A model generated the notes under the pieces. It did not search any database. It saw only the letters and a program-made list of their open reading frames with translations, and was not told the origin of the DNA. From positions 260-64,259 of the forward strand of contig JBBRCE010000011.1 in NCBI GenBank assembly GCA_038205115.1: a DNA stretch of 64,000 bases, read 5' to 3'. Shown here piece after piece: positions 30,311 to 39,941 of the stretch; within the stretch, counting starts at the first letter, position 1; each line of letters starts with the position of its first letter. The translations under genes were made by a program, and so were the position numbers. Source of the stretch: Pirellulales bacterium (GTDB lineage: Bacteria; Planctomycetota; Planctomycetia; Pirellulales; JBBRCE01).

Positions 30311-31030
30311 TGCGAGACCCATTGCGGCAAAGGAACGAATTGAACGCCGCCGAAACGTTCAATCGAAATCGATCGAGTCATTGTCCCACTATGAATATCC
30401 ATTGCCCTTCGCCTGGCGTCAATCATCGGCGTCAAAACAACTGGTCAGCCTTCAGATCTCGGGGCAACGCCGCCACCGTAGCGTTCGCAGTGCCGTTTTT
30501 TCTCGTGTGTTCGCCGATCACAGCCAACGGTCACCAGCGCGCTCGCTCTGGAACTGCTTTCTCGGCTCAATCGATTTTTCCGGGAGTGCCACCCGTGTGC
30601 AGCTCGGTTCGACAAGCTTTTTGCAGCCGTCGGAACTTGTCCCTCCGCCGCGCGAGTGGTCGAAAATTGCGATTGCGGGTTTTCGCCAAACCGATCGCTG
30701 CCTGCGGCTAAGTTTGAATCTAACGCTCAATCCGCTATGTCTATGCGACTGCCTGGAACGAGCGGAAAATCCAAGTGATTGTCCCCTCTTGTGAGCGTAA
30801 GGCTTGCAGTGTCGGGGGCGGGCAATGATTATAATGAGACCAATCCGATGCGTGGTGGTCGTTTGCGATACCTGGGCGTCGGGCCCTGCTCCTTGACGGC
30901 CGCTTGGCCTCGGTTGATCGCTTGATTTGACGATCCCATCTTGCTCCGCCATTTTCTCGGCGTGATTTTTTAACAGACGCAAGACGCCCGCGGGCCACAA
31001 GGGGTGCACTACATTTTTGGAGGGTCTCCG

Positions 31031-32971
31031 ATGGAATATTTGGTGTTGTATGCAATGGCGGCAATTGTCGCGCTCATGGCGCTGGCAATCTGGTTGTGGC
31101 TGGTGCTCCGCTACATTCCCAACAGCCAAATCGGAATCATCGAAAAGCTCTGGTCCAAGAGCGGTTCGTTGACCGAGGGCAACATTGTGGCGCTCAAGGG
31201 CGAAGCGGGCTTCGAGCCCGATATGCTCCGCGGCGGTTTTCATTTTGGCTATTGGCGTTGGCAATTCAACGTCCACCGTCGGCCGTTGATTACGATCAAG
31301 CAAGGCAAAATGGGTTACATTTTTGCCCGCACCGGCGAAGCGCTCGGACCGAGCCAGACGCTGGGTCGCGTGGTCGAATGCAACCACTATCAAGACGTAC
31401 GAGCGTTCTTGGAGCAAGCCGGACAGAAGGGTCGCCAGCGCGCCATTCTGCGAGAAGGCGTGTATGCCATTAACCTGGCCGTGTTCAGCGTGATTACGGA
31501 AGACGGCGTATTCGCCATCGACAAAACATCCGACATCGGCAAATGGCATCAACATCTGTCGGAGATCGGCGGTTTCAACGCGGTGGTGATCGGTAGCTAC
31601 ACCGGCAAAAAGGTGGACGATATCGGCATCATCACCACGCACGACGGCCCGTCGCTATTGCCGGAGGAGATCATCGCGCCGCCAGTTGGCAACGAGGTGA
31701 ACAATCCCAACTATCACAACAACTATCAGGATATCGAAGCGTTCCTTCGTGCGGGCGGCCGACGCGGTAAGCAGTACGCGCCGCTGGTGGATGGCACGTA
31801 CTTCATCAATCGCTGGTTTGCCACGATCGAATCGATTCCCAAGGAGGTCATCAACATTGGCGAAGTGGGCGTGGTGGTCAGTTACTACGGCAAGCAAGGC
31901 GACGATACCTCCGGCACGCAGTTCCGTCACGGCGAGCGCGTGCGACAAGGCGAACGCGGCGTCTGGCAAAACACGCTCGGACCAGGCAAGTATCCGTTCA
32001 ACACGTATGCCGGCCAGATCATTCGCGTGCCAACCACGAACTTCGTGTTGCACTGGATCACCGGCAAGACTGAGGGTCACCGCTACGACGAAAGCTTGCA
32101 GTCGATCGATCTGATTACCAAAGACGCTTACGAGCCCATGTTGCCGCTTTCCGTAGTGGTTCACATTGACTATCAGAAGGCGCCCAACGTGATTCAGCGA
32201 TTTGGCGACGTCAAAAAACTGATTACGCAGACCATCGATCCGATGCTCTCGGCCTACTTCCGCGACGTCGCCCATAAAAAGACGATGCTGGAATTGATCC
32301 ACAGTCGCGACGAAATCCAGGCCCAGGCGCGTAACGAACTGCTGAAGAAGTTCGAGCAGTTCGATATCCAATGCGTGGACGTGCTGATCGGCAAGCCCGA
32401 ATCGCAAACCGACGACGGCAAGATCGAAAACCTGCTGGAGCAACTGCGGCTGCGTCAATTGTCGCTGGAGCAGATCGAAACGTACAGCAAGCAAGAAGCG
32501 GCTGCCGGCAAAAAGCAAACGCTCAACGACGCCAACGCCAAGGCGGCCATGCAAGAGAAACTGACGCAGTCGGCCATCCAGATTAGTATCCAAACCAACG
32601 AGGCCGAAGCCGCATTGGCCCGCGCCAAAAAAGACGCGGAGCGAATCGTCGTCACGGCCAAGGCGCATAGCGAAAGCGTTTCGCTGGAGGGTAAAGGCGC
32701 CTCGGAAAAAGTCGGCCTGGTCGGTACCGCCGAAGCCAGCGTGCTGCAGAAAAAGGTCGAATCGTTTGGCGACCCGCGATTGTATGCCATCTCGCTGGTG
32801 GCCGACGCCATGTCGCACAGCCAGCAACCGCTGGTGCCGGCAACCATGTTTTCCGGCGGCAGCGGCGACAACGCTGGCGGCATGCTCGGCACGCTGATGT
32901 CGCTGCTGGTCGCCGAACGCGTGGGCATAAAAGTCGCCCCCAGCGCCAACGGCGAGCCAGCCGGTAAATAG
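31031..32971 (+). CDS. Flotillin-like SPFH/Band-7 domain membrane protein
   Basis: GGAGGG RBS before ATG 31031. N-terminal TM segment (MEYLVLYAMAAIVALMALAIWLWLVL), an SPFH-like region, and a long coiled coil with flotillin-type EA-rich repeats (QISIQTNEAEAALARAKKDAERI). Confidence 0.75.
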   Translation: MEYLVLYAMAAIVALMALAIWLWLVLRYIPNSQIGIIEKLWSKSGSLTEGNIVALKGEAGFEPDMLRGGFHFGYWRWQFNVHRRPLITIKQGKMGYIFARTGEALGPSQTLGRVVECNHYQDVRAFLEQAGQKGRQRAILREGVYAINLAVFSVITEDGVFAIDKTSDIGKWHQHLSEIGGFNAVVIGSYTGKKVDDIGIITTHDGPSLLPEEIIAPPVGNEVNNPNYHNNYQDIEAFLRAGGRRGKQYAPLVDGTYFINRWFATIESIPKEVINIGEVGVVVSYYGKQGDDTSGTQFRHGERVRQGERGVWQNTLGPGKYPFNTYAGQIIRVPTTNFVLHWITGKTEGHRYDESLQSIDLITKDAYEPMLPLSVVVHIDYQKAPNVIQRFGDVKKLITQTIDPMLSAYFRDVAHKKTMLELIHSRDEIQAQARNELLKKFEQFDIQCVDVLIGKPESQTDDGKIENLLEQLRLRQLSLEQIETYSKQEAAAGKKQTLNDANAKAAMQEKLTQSAIQISIQTNEAEAALARAKKDAERIVVTAKAHSESVSLEGKGASEKVGLVGTAEASVLQKKVESFGDPRLYAISLVADAMSHSQQPLVPATMFSGGSGDNAGGMLGTLMSLLVAERVGIKVAPSANGEPAGK

Positions 32972-33074
32972 TCGAGAGTGGTTCGCAACAACTCATGGCC
33001 CGGCGATGTTAAGTTGCCGTGCGGCAGAAAACGGCGTGGAGTTGGTCAGCTTCGGCTGGCCGACTCCCGCCGTG

Positions 33075-34835
33075 TTATTTTTTGAGTTCCACACCGCGAT
33101 ACAGCGGCAAGTAGCGGTAGTAGACTTCCAAAGTACAGATCGCCAGCGAGGTGAAATACAATCGTCCGCCGGACTGCGCGAGATGATCGACCCGTTTAGG
33201 CAGCCAACTGCCGGCAGCGTGACCGTGCGTTTCGCGGCTGTCCAGCAAGGTTTGACGCATGGCCACGTTCCATTTCTGCCAGGCGTCGCCGCCGACATGA
33301 TGCGCAACCTGTGTGGCATAGTACAGCGCGTAAATATCGTAGTTGCTTGCGCGCGGCAGGTGCTTTTCGACCAGCAGGTCGAGGCCTTCGCGCAGACCGG
33401 GATGATCTGCGGGCCAGCCCAAATACTGGCGGGATAGCAACCCTTCGGCAATCATGGCGGCGGTCGGTTTTCGGCCCGGCTCATAGCTATAAAATCCGCC
33501 CGCCTTGCCGGATTGCACGCGATTCAGAAACCGATTCGCGCGGTCGAAGCAGTTTTCAGGCACGCTCAAGCCGGCGACCTTGCCGCTGCGCAGGGCCATC
33601 AATTGCCAGCCGACAACGCTCATATCGCCAGCCTGGCCCGGCTCGTAGCGCCAGCCGCCGTCAACATGCTGCGCCTTGACGATGAAATCCACCGCGCGCT
33701 GCGCCGGCTGCCGCAGAAACTCATCGCCGGTCATGGAAAGCGCTTCGCAAAGCACCAGCGTGCTGAGTGCGTGCGCATACATGCGGCCCATGCCCTCGCC
33801 CCGCAGGTCGCCAGTTGGTCGCTGATTATCGACCAGCCAGTGCAAGCCGCGCCCCACGCTCTCGCGATAGTCGCCTTGTTTGTGCGTTTGGCCCGCGCCT
33901 AGCATGGGCAACAGCGCGAGCGCCGTGCCGGCTGTATCACTATGCTGTCCCGCGCCGCTGCATTGCTGGTTGCACTCGGGCGAATCTTGAAAATGATCGA
34001 GCGTCCAGCGCCCATCCGGCGATTGATGTTGGCTCATCCACCGCAAACCGGCGGCCACGGCCGCTTCGGTCTGAGCGTCGCCACCATCAGCTTGAACGAG
34101 CTTTTCTCGCGATTGGTCGTTGCGCGCTTCCAGCATACGCTCGGGCGCGGCAGGCAACGAGTTAGATGGCGGCGTGCCGATTGGCTCGATGGGCGACGTC
34201 GCGCTTTGGGCCGAGGCTAGCAACACGCTGGGCGAAATGCGGTCGGCCCGACTGCGCGCCATCAACAGCGAAATCAAGATCAGCAAATGCACGAGAATGC
34301 TGGTCAGCCAAGCCGGCAAATCGCGAAATCGCTGCTGGGCGCGGTCCAGCGCCAAACGAGCATTGGCATGCAGCGCGACGGGCGGAATGGCGCTAACACG
34401 CGGCGGCGTTGCAATTCGCGGAGAAATCGCCGGCACAGAAATCGGCGCCGCGACCGGGCGAACCGCAGGCCGCGGCGCCTTTGCAGGCGCTTGCTTCGGA
34501 CGCGCGGGCGGCGGTGCTGATTTGATTGTCGCCGAGTTGGGAGTTGGTCGCAAAGTAGGCGACGGCGACGGCGCTGGCAAGCGCGCTTCGAGCAATCTGG
34601 CGGCCGCGCGCTCCTGCGCTTCGGTCAGTTCGATACTGGTGCCGCAACGCCAACAGTCGGCCATGCCAAGCCACAACCGCACCGACATCGGCGCACGGCA
34701 ATCGGGGCACGCGCAGGCCAGCACATCGCCATTCAGCCAGATTCCGTCTGCGTCCGCCGGTGGCACGCCGGGCTTGATTGCCGCGCGTTTGGGCAGCGGC
34801 ACAATTTGCAGATCGAAGTCGTCTGAAGCGCGCAT
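33075..34835 (-). CDS. Membrane-anchored protein with an N-terminal Zn-ribbon (4 Cys), a Pro/Ala-rich linker, a TM helix and a C-terminal prenyltransferase/squalene-oxidase-repeat (terpene-cyclase-like alpha/alpha toroid) domain
   Basis: 'CACPDCRAPMS...CWRCGTS', the TM segment 'WLTSILVHLLILISLLMA', and 'DGRW', 'DGGWRY', 'AGGFYSYEP' with aromatic-rich toroid-like repeats. Confidence 0.6.
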   Translation of the reverse strand: MRASDDFDLQIVPLPKRAAIKPGVPPADADGIWLNGDVLACACPDCRAPMSVRLWLGMADCWRCGTSIELTEAQERAAARLLEARLPAPSPSPTLRPTPNSATIKSAPPPARPKQAPAKAPRPAVRPVAAPISVPAISPRIATPPRVSAIPPVALHANARLALDRAQQRFRDLPAWLTSILVHLLILISLLMARSRADRISPSVLLASAQSATSPIEPIGTPPSNSLPAAPERMLEARNDQSREKLVQADGGDAQTEAAVAAGLRWMSQHQSPDGRWTLDHFQDSPECNQQCSGAGQHSDTAGTALALLPMLGAGQTHKQGDYRESVGRGLHWLVDNQRPTGDLRGEGMGRMYAHALSTLVLCEALSMTGDEFLRQPAQRAVDFIVKAQHVDGGWRYEPGQAGDMSVVGWQLMALRSGKVAGLSVPENCFDRANRFLNRVQSGKAGGFYSYEPGRKPTAAMIAEGLLSRQYLGWPADHPGLREGLDLLVEKHLPRASNYDIYALYYATQVAHHVGGDAWQKWNVAMRQTLLDSRETHGHAAGSWLPKRVDHLAQSGGRLYFTSLAICTLEVYYRYLPLYRGVELKK

Positions 34836-34968
34836 GGAGAAAACGCCGGCCGAGCGAAATGGCTGATGACTCAGTATACGCGGGCTGAATTGCCGCAGCA
34901 AATTCGGCCGTGGTGGGGCGTGGCGGTCGTGCGCGCGACGGCGTCATTTCGGCGGTCCCGTGCGCCAA

Positions 34969-35790
34969 TCAATCCATGCTCGCTACGCCGAGTAACTTAC
35001 GCAGCGCGGTGATCGCGATTTCGCCAAATTGCAGCGGCGGAATCTGCCAAATTCGCGGATTCATCAATTCGATCGAAACGCAACCCGCGTACTGGATTTC
35101 ACGCAGCCGATGCAACAGCGCCGGCAGCGGAATATCGCCATCGCCCGGCAAAATGCGATCGGCATCGGTGGCCAATTCGCGTGGTACGTCGGCCAAATCG
35201 CAAAGCTGCACGTGAAACAGATTGCCGACGTGCAGCAGCCCAAGATCTTCCGGCTTACTGGGTCCGGTGTCGTAGTGAAAAAGGTCCAGGCACAGTCCCA
35301 AGCTCGGATGCCCACACTCTTCGACCAAAGCTGCCGCGGTTTGCAGATTATTGCCGATGGCCGACGACGCCTGGAATTCCAAGGCGACGCGCAGGCCCGA
35401 TTCGGCCGCCAGCTTGGCCGCTTCGACCAACGACGCCTGCACGCGACCGAGCACCGTTTGATCCAATGGCGCAGGCACATCGCAGGCGACAATCAATGTG
35501 CCGATCTGCAACTGCCGGCAAAGTTCCAGCCGCTCGGCAAAATGTCGCCAATGCTCGCGACGCGGCTCGGCTTGGCTGGCCAGCAGCCCACCTTGGTAGC
35601 TGGCCACCGGCAACTGCACCTCGTGCTCTTCGAGCAACCGGCGCACATCGTCCAGCGAATGCGATTGCAAGTACGTTTCCAGCTTGCCGAGCCAAACTTC
35701 GATCACGCGGCATGCGCCGGCCGCGTAATCGGCGATGTCGTCTTCGAATGGCGCAGCCAGCGTGCAAACCTGGCTCAGGCAGGGAATCAT
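34969..35790 (-). CDS. Sugar phosphate isomerase/epimerase (xylose-isomerase-like TIM barrel)
   Basis: 273 aa. AP_endonuc_2-like pattern with conserved E/D/H metal ligands (ALEFQASS...LCLDLFHYD...VQLCD). Confidence 0.7.
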   Translation of the reverse strand: MIPCLSQVCTLAAPFEDDIADYAAGACRVIEVWLGKLETYLQSHSLDDVRRLLEEHEVQLPVASYQGGLLASQAEPRREHWRHFAERLELCRQLQIGTLIVACDVPAPLDQTVLGRVQASLVEAAKLAAESGLRVALEFQASSAIGNNLQTAAALVEECGHPSLGLCLDLFHYDTGPSKPEDLGLLHVGNLFHVQLCDLADVPRELATDADRILPGDGDIPLPALLHRLREIQYAGCVSIELMNPRIWQIPPLQFGEIAITALRKLLGVASMD

Positions 35791-35799
35791 CGGTGGCCT

Positions 35800-37524
35800 T
35801 TACAATCCCAGGTGCTTGGTGACTTCGGCCACGCAATCTTCCACCTTCACGCGCCACTGCTTGAGCGAATCGCGATCGCGGAAGGTTACGGTTTGATCGG
35901 TAAGCGTCTGGCCATCCACGGTGATGCAGAGCGGCGTGCCGACTTCATCTTGGCGGCGGTAACGGCGGCCGATCGCGCCTTTTTCGTCGTAAAACACGTT
36001 GTAGCGTTTTTTCAGCGCGCGATAAATTTGCTGGGCAACTTCCGGCATGCCATCTTTCTTGACCAGCGGTAGAATCGCCACTTTGATCGGAGCAATGCGT
36101 GGATGCAGCTTCAGCACCACGCGACTTTGCGGCTTGCCATTTTCGTCCGGCGCGGTGTCTTCGCAGTAGGCTTCGCACAGAAAAGCGAGCGTGGCGCGAT
36201 CGGCGCCGGCCGAAGGCTCGATCACGTGCGGAACGAAACGCTGTTTGGTGATGTCGTCAAAATACGACAAATCTTTGCCGCTGCCGCGATGCCGCGGCTT
36301 ACCTTCGGCTTCCAATTCAACGATCAACTGATCGCCTTGGCGGACCAGCTTGCCTTCCATATGGCTGCGCAAGTCGAAATCGCCGCGATGCGCCACGCCT
36401 TCGAGTTCGCCAAATTCGCCTGCCGGTAAGAACGGAAATGCGTATTCGATATCGGCCGTGCCCACCGAGTAATGGCTAAGTTCGTCTTGGTGATGCTCGC
36501 GGAGTTGCAGTCGCTCACTGCCCAGTCCCATTTCCGTATACCAGCGGAAGCGTCGGTCGCGCCAATAGCGATACCACTGTTGCGATTGGCTGGGGTGGCA
36601 GAAGAACTCGATTTCCATCTGCTCGAACTCGCGCGAGCGGAACGTGAAGTTGCGTGGCGTAATTTCGTTGCGAAAACTTTTGCCAATTTGCGCGATGCCA
36701 AACGGCACTTTGACGCGGGTACTATCGAGCACATTTTTGAAGTTGACGAAGATGCCCTGGGCCGTTTCGGGACGCAAGTAAGCGCGGCCTTCTTCACCGG
36801 CGAGTGCACCAACGCTGGTCGGAAACATCAGATTGAATTCGCGAGGATCGGTGAGCGTGCCGGGCGCGGTCGCTTCGGGGGCGATGACCAAGCTTAGGTC
36901 GTCCGCTTTGCTCAAACGCAAGACGGAAGTCGATTCCCAGTTGAAGAGCTCGTCCGCATTTTTCGATCGCACGTCGAACAACTTACAGGCCCGTTCGACC
37001 GTCGCGACCAGCGCCACGGCGCTGTCGTCGGCTTCGGCGGCGATGAAGAACCTCCACGGGCGCGATTTCGGGTCGGCATCCGGGTTTGGATTGGCAACGA
37101 ATGGCAAGATTCGATTCACCACTCGAGCTTGGTCGTGACTCGGCGTTTCAATCGATTTAAAATGCTCGAAGTTCAGCCAACGACCTTGCATTTGATCGAA
37201 GCGATACCGCTTTTTCGATTCGCGGCAATCGACCATCCAGTCGCAAAATAAATCGTAGTGCCCGCTGACCTTCCAGACTTGTGGATGCATGATGATCGTG
37301 CAGTCCAAACCGGTCATCTCGTAGGCTTCCGGCGCGCCGGCAGGCGTGGCCAGATCGTCGTGGCCGGTAACCATGTCGCGCCACCAGGCTTCTTTGATGT
37401 TCCGCTTGAGTTCCACGCCCAGCGGACCGTAATCCCAAAAGCCGTTCAGACCGCCGTAAATTTCGCTCGACTGAAACAAAAACCCGCGGCGTTTACAGAG
37501 CGAAACCAGTTTTTCCATTTCCAT
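35800..37524 (-). CDS. glyQS: Glycine--tRNA ligase (dimeric class II type)
   Basis: 'KRRGFLFQSSEIYGGLNGFWDYGPLGVELKRNIKEAWW' and a C-terminal anticodon-binding domain. The start was chosen at MEMEKL. The ORF is open further 5'. Confidence 0.95.
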   Translation of the reverse strand: MEMEKLVSLCKRRGFLFQSSEIYGGLNGFWDYGPLGVELKRNIKEAWWRDMVTGHDDLATPAGAPEAYEMTGLDCTIIMHPQVWKVSGHYDLFCDWMVDCRESKKRYRFDQMQGRWLNFEHFKSIETPSHDQARVVNRILPFVANPNPDADPKSRPWRFFIAAEADDSAVALVATVERACKLFDVRSKNADELFNWESTSVLRLSKADDLSLVIAPEATAPGTLTDPREFNLMFPTSVGALAGEEGRAYLRPETAQGIFVNFKNVLDSTRVKVPFGIAQIGKSFRNEITPRNFTFRSREFEQMEIEFFCHPSQSQQWYRYWRDRRFRWYTEMGLGSERLQLREHHQDELSHYSVGTADIEYAFPFLPAGEFGELEGVAHRGDFDLRSHMEGKLVRQGDQLIVELEAEGKPRHRGSGKDLSYFDDITKQRFVPHVIEPSAGADRATLAFLCEAYCEDTAPDENGKPQSRVVLKLHPRIAPIKVAILPLVKKDGMPEVAQQIYRALKKRYNVFYDEKGAIGRRYRRQDEVGTPLCITVDGQTLTDQTVTFRDRDSLKQWRVKVEDCVAEVTKHLGL

Positions 37525-37648
37525 GGTCGTTAAGAATGGTCCAGAGCGGTGTGAAGTTGAAAATTGCCTGTCGGCTGCGCGGAAAAATTTGCAGCGGCCA
37601 GCGCACGGCGTTAAGTTCCGTAGTCTAACGCCCCGGCCAAGCGTTGGT

Positions 37649-38407
37649 CTATGGCCGCGTAATCCGCCAACTCGTAAGATCCAAATGCGGCACGAAATCG
37701 AAGCGATCCCACTGCGCCACATCGGCCACGTCCGACGCCAGGCCAATTCGCTGCAAGTTCCGGCCGCCTCGCGTTTGCAACAACTGTTGCTGCAACTCGT
37801 GATTGGTCGGTCGTCGATTCGCAGCGAAACTGGCCTGCCAGGCGTCGCGCGCCAAACGGGCCTGATCGTTTATGGCGATGGCCGTTTGCCCATCAACGCG
37901 GGTGAGTTCCGCAATCACCGCGCCGGCAAACAGCACATCTTCTCGCGTAATGCTGCCGCCGGTCCCAGCGCAGAGCAAATGAGCCGTCTGGCTGTTGGAA
38001 AGTTCGCGCACAACGGCCGAAAATGTAACGAAGGAGCCAACCAGCACGCGCTCTGCTAGCCGGCACTGTGCCATCGTCCGCGTGCCGTTGGTGGTTGTGA
38101 AAATCACGGTCTTGCCCGCAACCGTGCTGGCGTCGTACTCTCGCGGTGAATTGCCACAATGAAAACCGGCAATTGGCAGCCCTTGCCGTTCGCCGCCCAG
38201 AATGATCGGCTGCGGCTCGAGCGACGCGGCCAATTTGCGCGCTTCATCGATTTCCAAACACGGCAACACACATGTCGCCCCACCGGCCAGCGCAAAGGCA
38301 ATTGTGGTCGATGCCCGCAAAATGTCGATGACCACGACATCGCCGCCTGCCAGTTGATCGGGATTGACGAGCGACGGCAAAAAGTGGGCGAAGATTTCGT
38401 CAGGCAT
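37649..38407 (-). CDS. 2-phosphosulfolactate phosphatase (ComB) family protein
   Basis: 'DVVVIDILRASTTIAFAL' and 'GGERQGLPIAGFHCGNSP' match ComB-family motifs. Confidence 0.75.
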   Translation of the reverse strand: MPDEIFAHFLPSLVNPDQLAGGDVVVIDILRASTTIAFALAGGATCVLPCLEIDEARKLAASLEPQPIILGGERQGLPIAGFHCGNSPREYDASTVAGKTVIFTTTNGTRTMAQCRLAERVLVGSFVTFSAVVRELSNSQTAHLLCAGTGGSITREDVLFAGAVIAELTRVDGQTAIAINDQARLARDAWQASFAANRRPTNHELQQQLLQTRGGRNLQRIGLASDVADVAQWDRFDFVPHLDLTSWRITRP

Positions 38408-38448
38408 CTGCGAAGAATCCCAGCGAGACGTGCCGAGCGGTTCAGCTC

Positions 38449-39042
38449 TTAATCGTTGGGACGTAGCGCGGCTTCGGCCGTGATCACCATTTGTGCCACG
38501 TCGATCAGTTTGCGGTTGGTATCGCGGGCGAGCTTTTGCAATCGGCGAAAGGCATCGTGTTCGTCGAGTTTGGCCTGCCGCATCATAATGCCCTTGGCGC
38601 GCTCAATGACTTTACGGTCGGCCAAGGCTTGCCGCAAATCGGCCGCTTCATCACGTAGAGTGTGAAACTGTTGAAACCGCGCGACCGCCAAGGCGATGGC
38701 TGGCTCCAAATCCGCACGCTTGATCGGTTTGACCAGATAGGCCTGAATGTGATTAGCTTCGGCTTCGGCGATCAATTCCGGGTCGTGATATCCCGAGACA
38801 AAGATGATTGGCACCGGCGACTCGCTCGCCAATTGCCGAGCGACTTCCAGCCCGTCAATGTCAGGCATCTTAATATCGGTGATGATTAAATCTGGGCGAC
38901 GCAAATGGCACTGATCGACCAATTCTCGGCCGGTCGATGCGGTGACGACAACTTCGTGCCCCAGGATATCCAACGCCTGCGAGTAAAACTCGCGCATGTC
39001 CGCGTCGTCATCGGCGATAGCAATTTTCAAACAGCGATTCAT
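38449..39042 (-). CDS. Response regulator with ANTAR RNA-binding output domain (AmiR/NasT-like)
   Basis: REC domain 'KIAIADDDADMREF...DLIITDIKMPDIDGLEV' followed by the ANTAR segment 'ALADRKVIERAKGIMMRQAKLDEHDAFRRLQKLARDTNRKLIDVAQ'. Confidence 0.85.
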   Translation of the reverse strand: MNRCLKIAIADDDADMREFYSQALDILGHEVVVTASTGRELVDQCHLRRPDLIITDIKMPDIDGLEVARQLASESPVPIIFVSGYHDPELIAEAEANHIQAYLVKPIKRADLEPAIALAVARFQQFHTLRDEAADLRQALADRKVIERAKGIMMRQAKLDEHDAFRRLQKLARDTNRKLIDVAQMVITAEAALRPND

Positions 39043-39056
39043 GGCCATAAAGTTCG

Positions 39057-39803
39057 TCACATGCGGGGTAACGTAAAGGTGATCTTCGCTCCATGCTGCG
39101 ATGCACCGTCGACAGACATCTGACATCCGTGAAGTTCGACCACACGCTTTGCAAATGCTGCGCCTAAGTTGTCTGCGCGACCCGCAAACGGCTCAAAGTA
39201 TTTTTGGGCCTCGATTTCTCCAAATCTTGGCCGATTATCGCTGATCTCGACGCTCACATTGCCAACCGATTCCGCGCCCGACGGAATCTGACGTGCCACA
39301 ATGGTCGACGCGCCAGCATCCATCGCATCCAACAGCAGCCGCATTAGACCGCGTTGCATCAGTTTCGGATCGATGCGCAGCGTCTGCCGCGATTCGATTG
39401 CACTTATTTGGATATCGACATCGTTGCCAGGCCGCGCGTCGCGCGCCAGGCGGACAGCGGACTGCATCAGCTCGCTCATTTGGCAAGCTTCGAGCTGCAG
39501 TTGCGGCGTTGCGCAGTATTCGTTGAGTTCGTTGAATATGGCCAGCAGTCGATCCTGCGACGTCTGCACTCGATCCAGCATTTCGATCAAATCCGGCCGA
39601 TCGGCCAGTTTGAAGCCTAGTATCTGTAGGCAGGCATGTCCGCTTTGCATGGCGTTGCGAGCAGAATGGCCCATCGCCCGCGCCATTTGCGCCATCGCCC
39701 GAAATCGCTCGGCCTCAATCTCGGCCGCCGAATAAACGCTGCCGCTGCGGACAGCATCGGAAGACGCGTCCGCTGGCAGACTGGCTTGGGTCGCGGACTC
39801 CAT
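39057..39803 (-). CDS. Cytoplasmic, sensor-less histidine kinase (HisKA-like + HATPase_c)
   Basis: No TM or sensor domain. H-box-like 'MGHSARNAM'. ATPase-domain motifs ('DPKLMQRGLMRLLLDA', 'GxGL-like FAGRADNLGAAF'). 14 bp upstream of the ANTAR regulator. Confidence 0.65.
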   Translation of the reverse strand: MESATQASLPADASSDAVRSGSVYSAAEIEAERFRAMAQMARAMGHSARNAMQSGHACLQILGFKLADRPDLIEMLDRVQTSQDRLLAIFNELNEYCATPQLQLEACQMSELMQSAVRLARDARPGNDVDIQISAIESRQTLRIDPKLMQRGLMRLLLDAMDAGASTIVARQIPSGAESVGNVSVEISDNRPRFGEIEAQKYFEPFAGRADNLGAAFAKRVVELHGCQMSVDGASQHGAKITFTLPRM

Positions 39804-39941
39804 TGCGAGATATTGCTGGGCTAGAACGTGCAAGCAGTAAGTCGCGCGTACACTCGGACGCTCGCTCCCCTTCTGCTCGCACTTCAACTATACTCTTGCC
39901 CTGCTCGATTGAAAAGTAGAAACCAGCGAGGGGCCGCCGGC

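Noticed and set aside
29469-30362. 297-aa minus-strand ORF overlapping the second sulfatase
   Set aside because: Alternative frame of the same strand as the sulfatase gene (28871..30310), which carries the diagnostic CSPTR motif. Arg-rich nonsense translation.
30518-31642. 374-aa minus-strand ORF spanning the flotillin upstream region and 5' end
   Set aside because: Antisense to the flotillin gene's well-supported N-terminus. No motifs. High Arg/His content typical of spurious GC-rich ORFs.
31655-32827. 390-aa minus-strand ORF
   Set aside because: Entirely antisense to the flotillin-like gene. Low-complexity Leu/Arg/Gly translation.
35029-36072. 347-aa + strand ORF
   Set aside because: Antisense to the TIM-barrel isomerase and GlyRS genes, both of which have clear family signatures.
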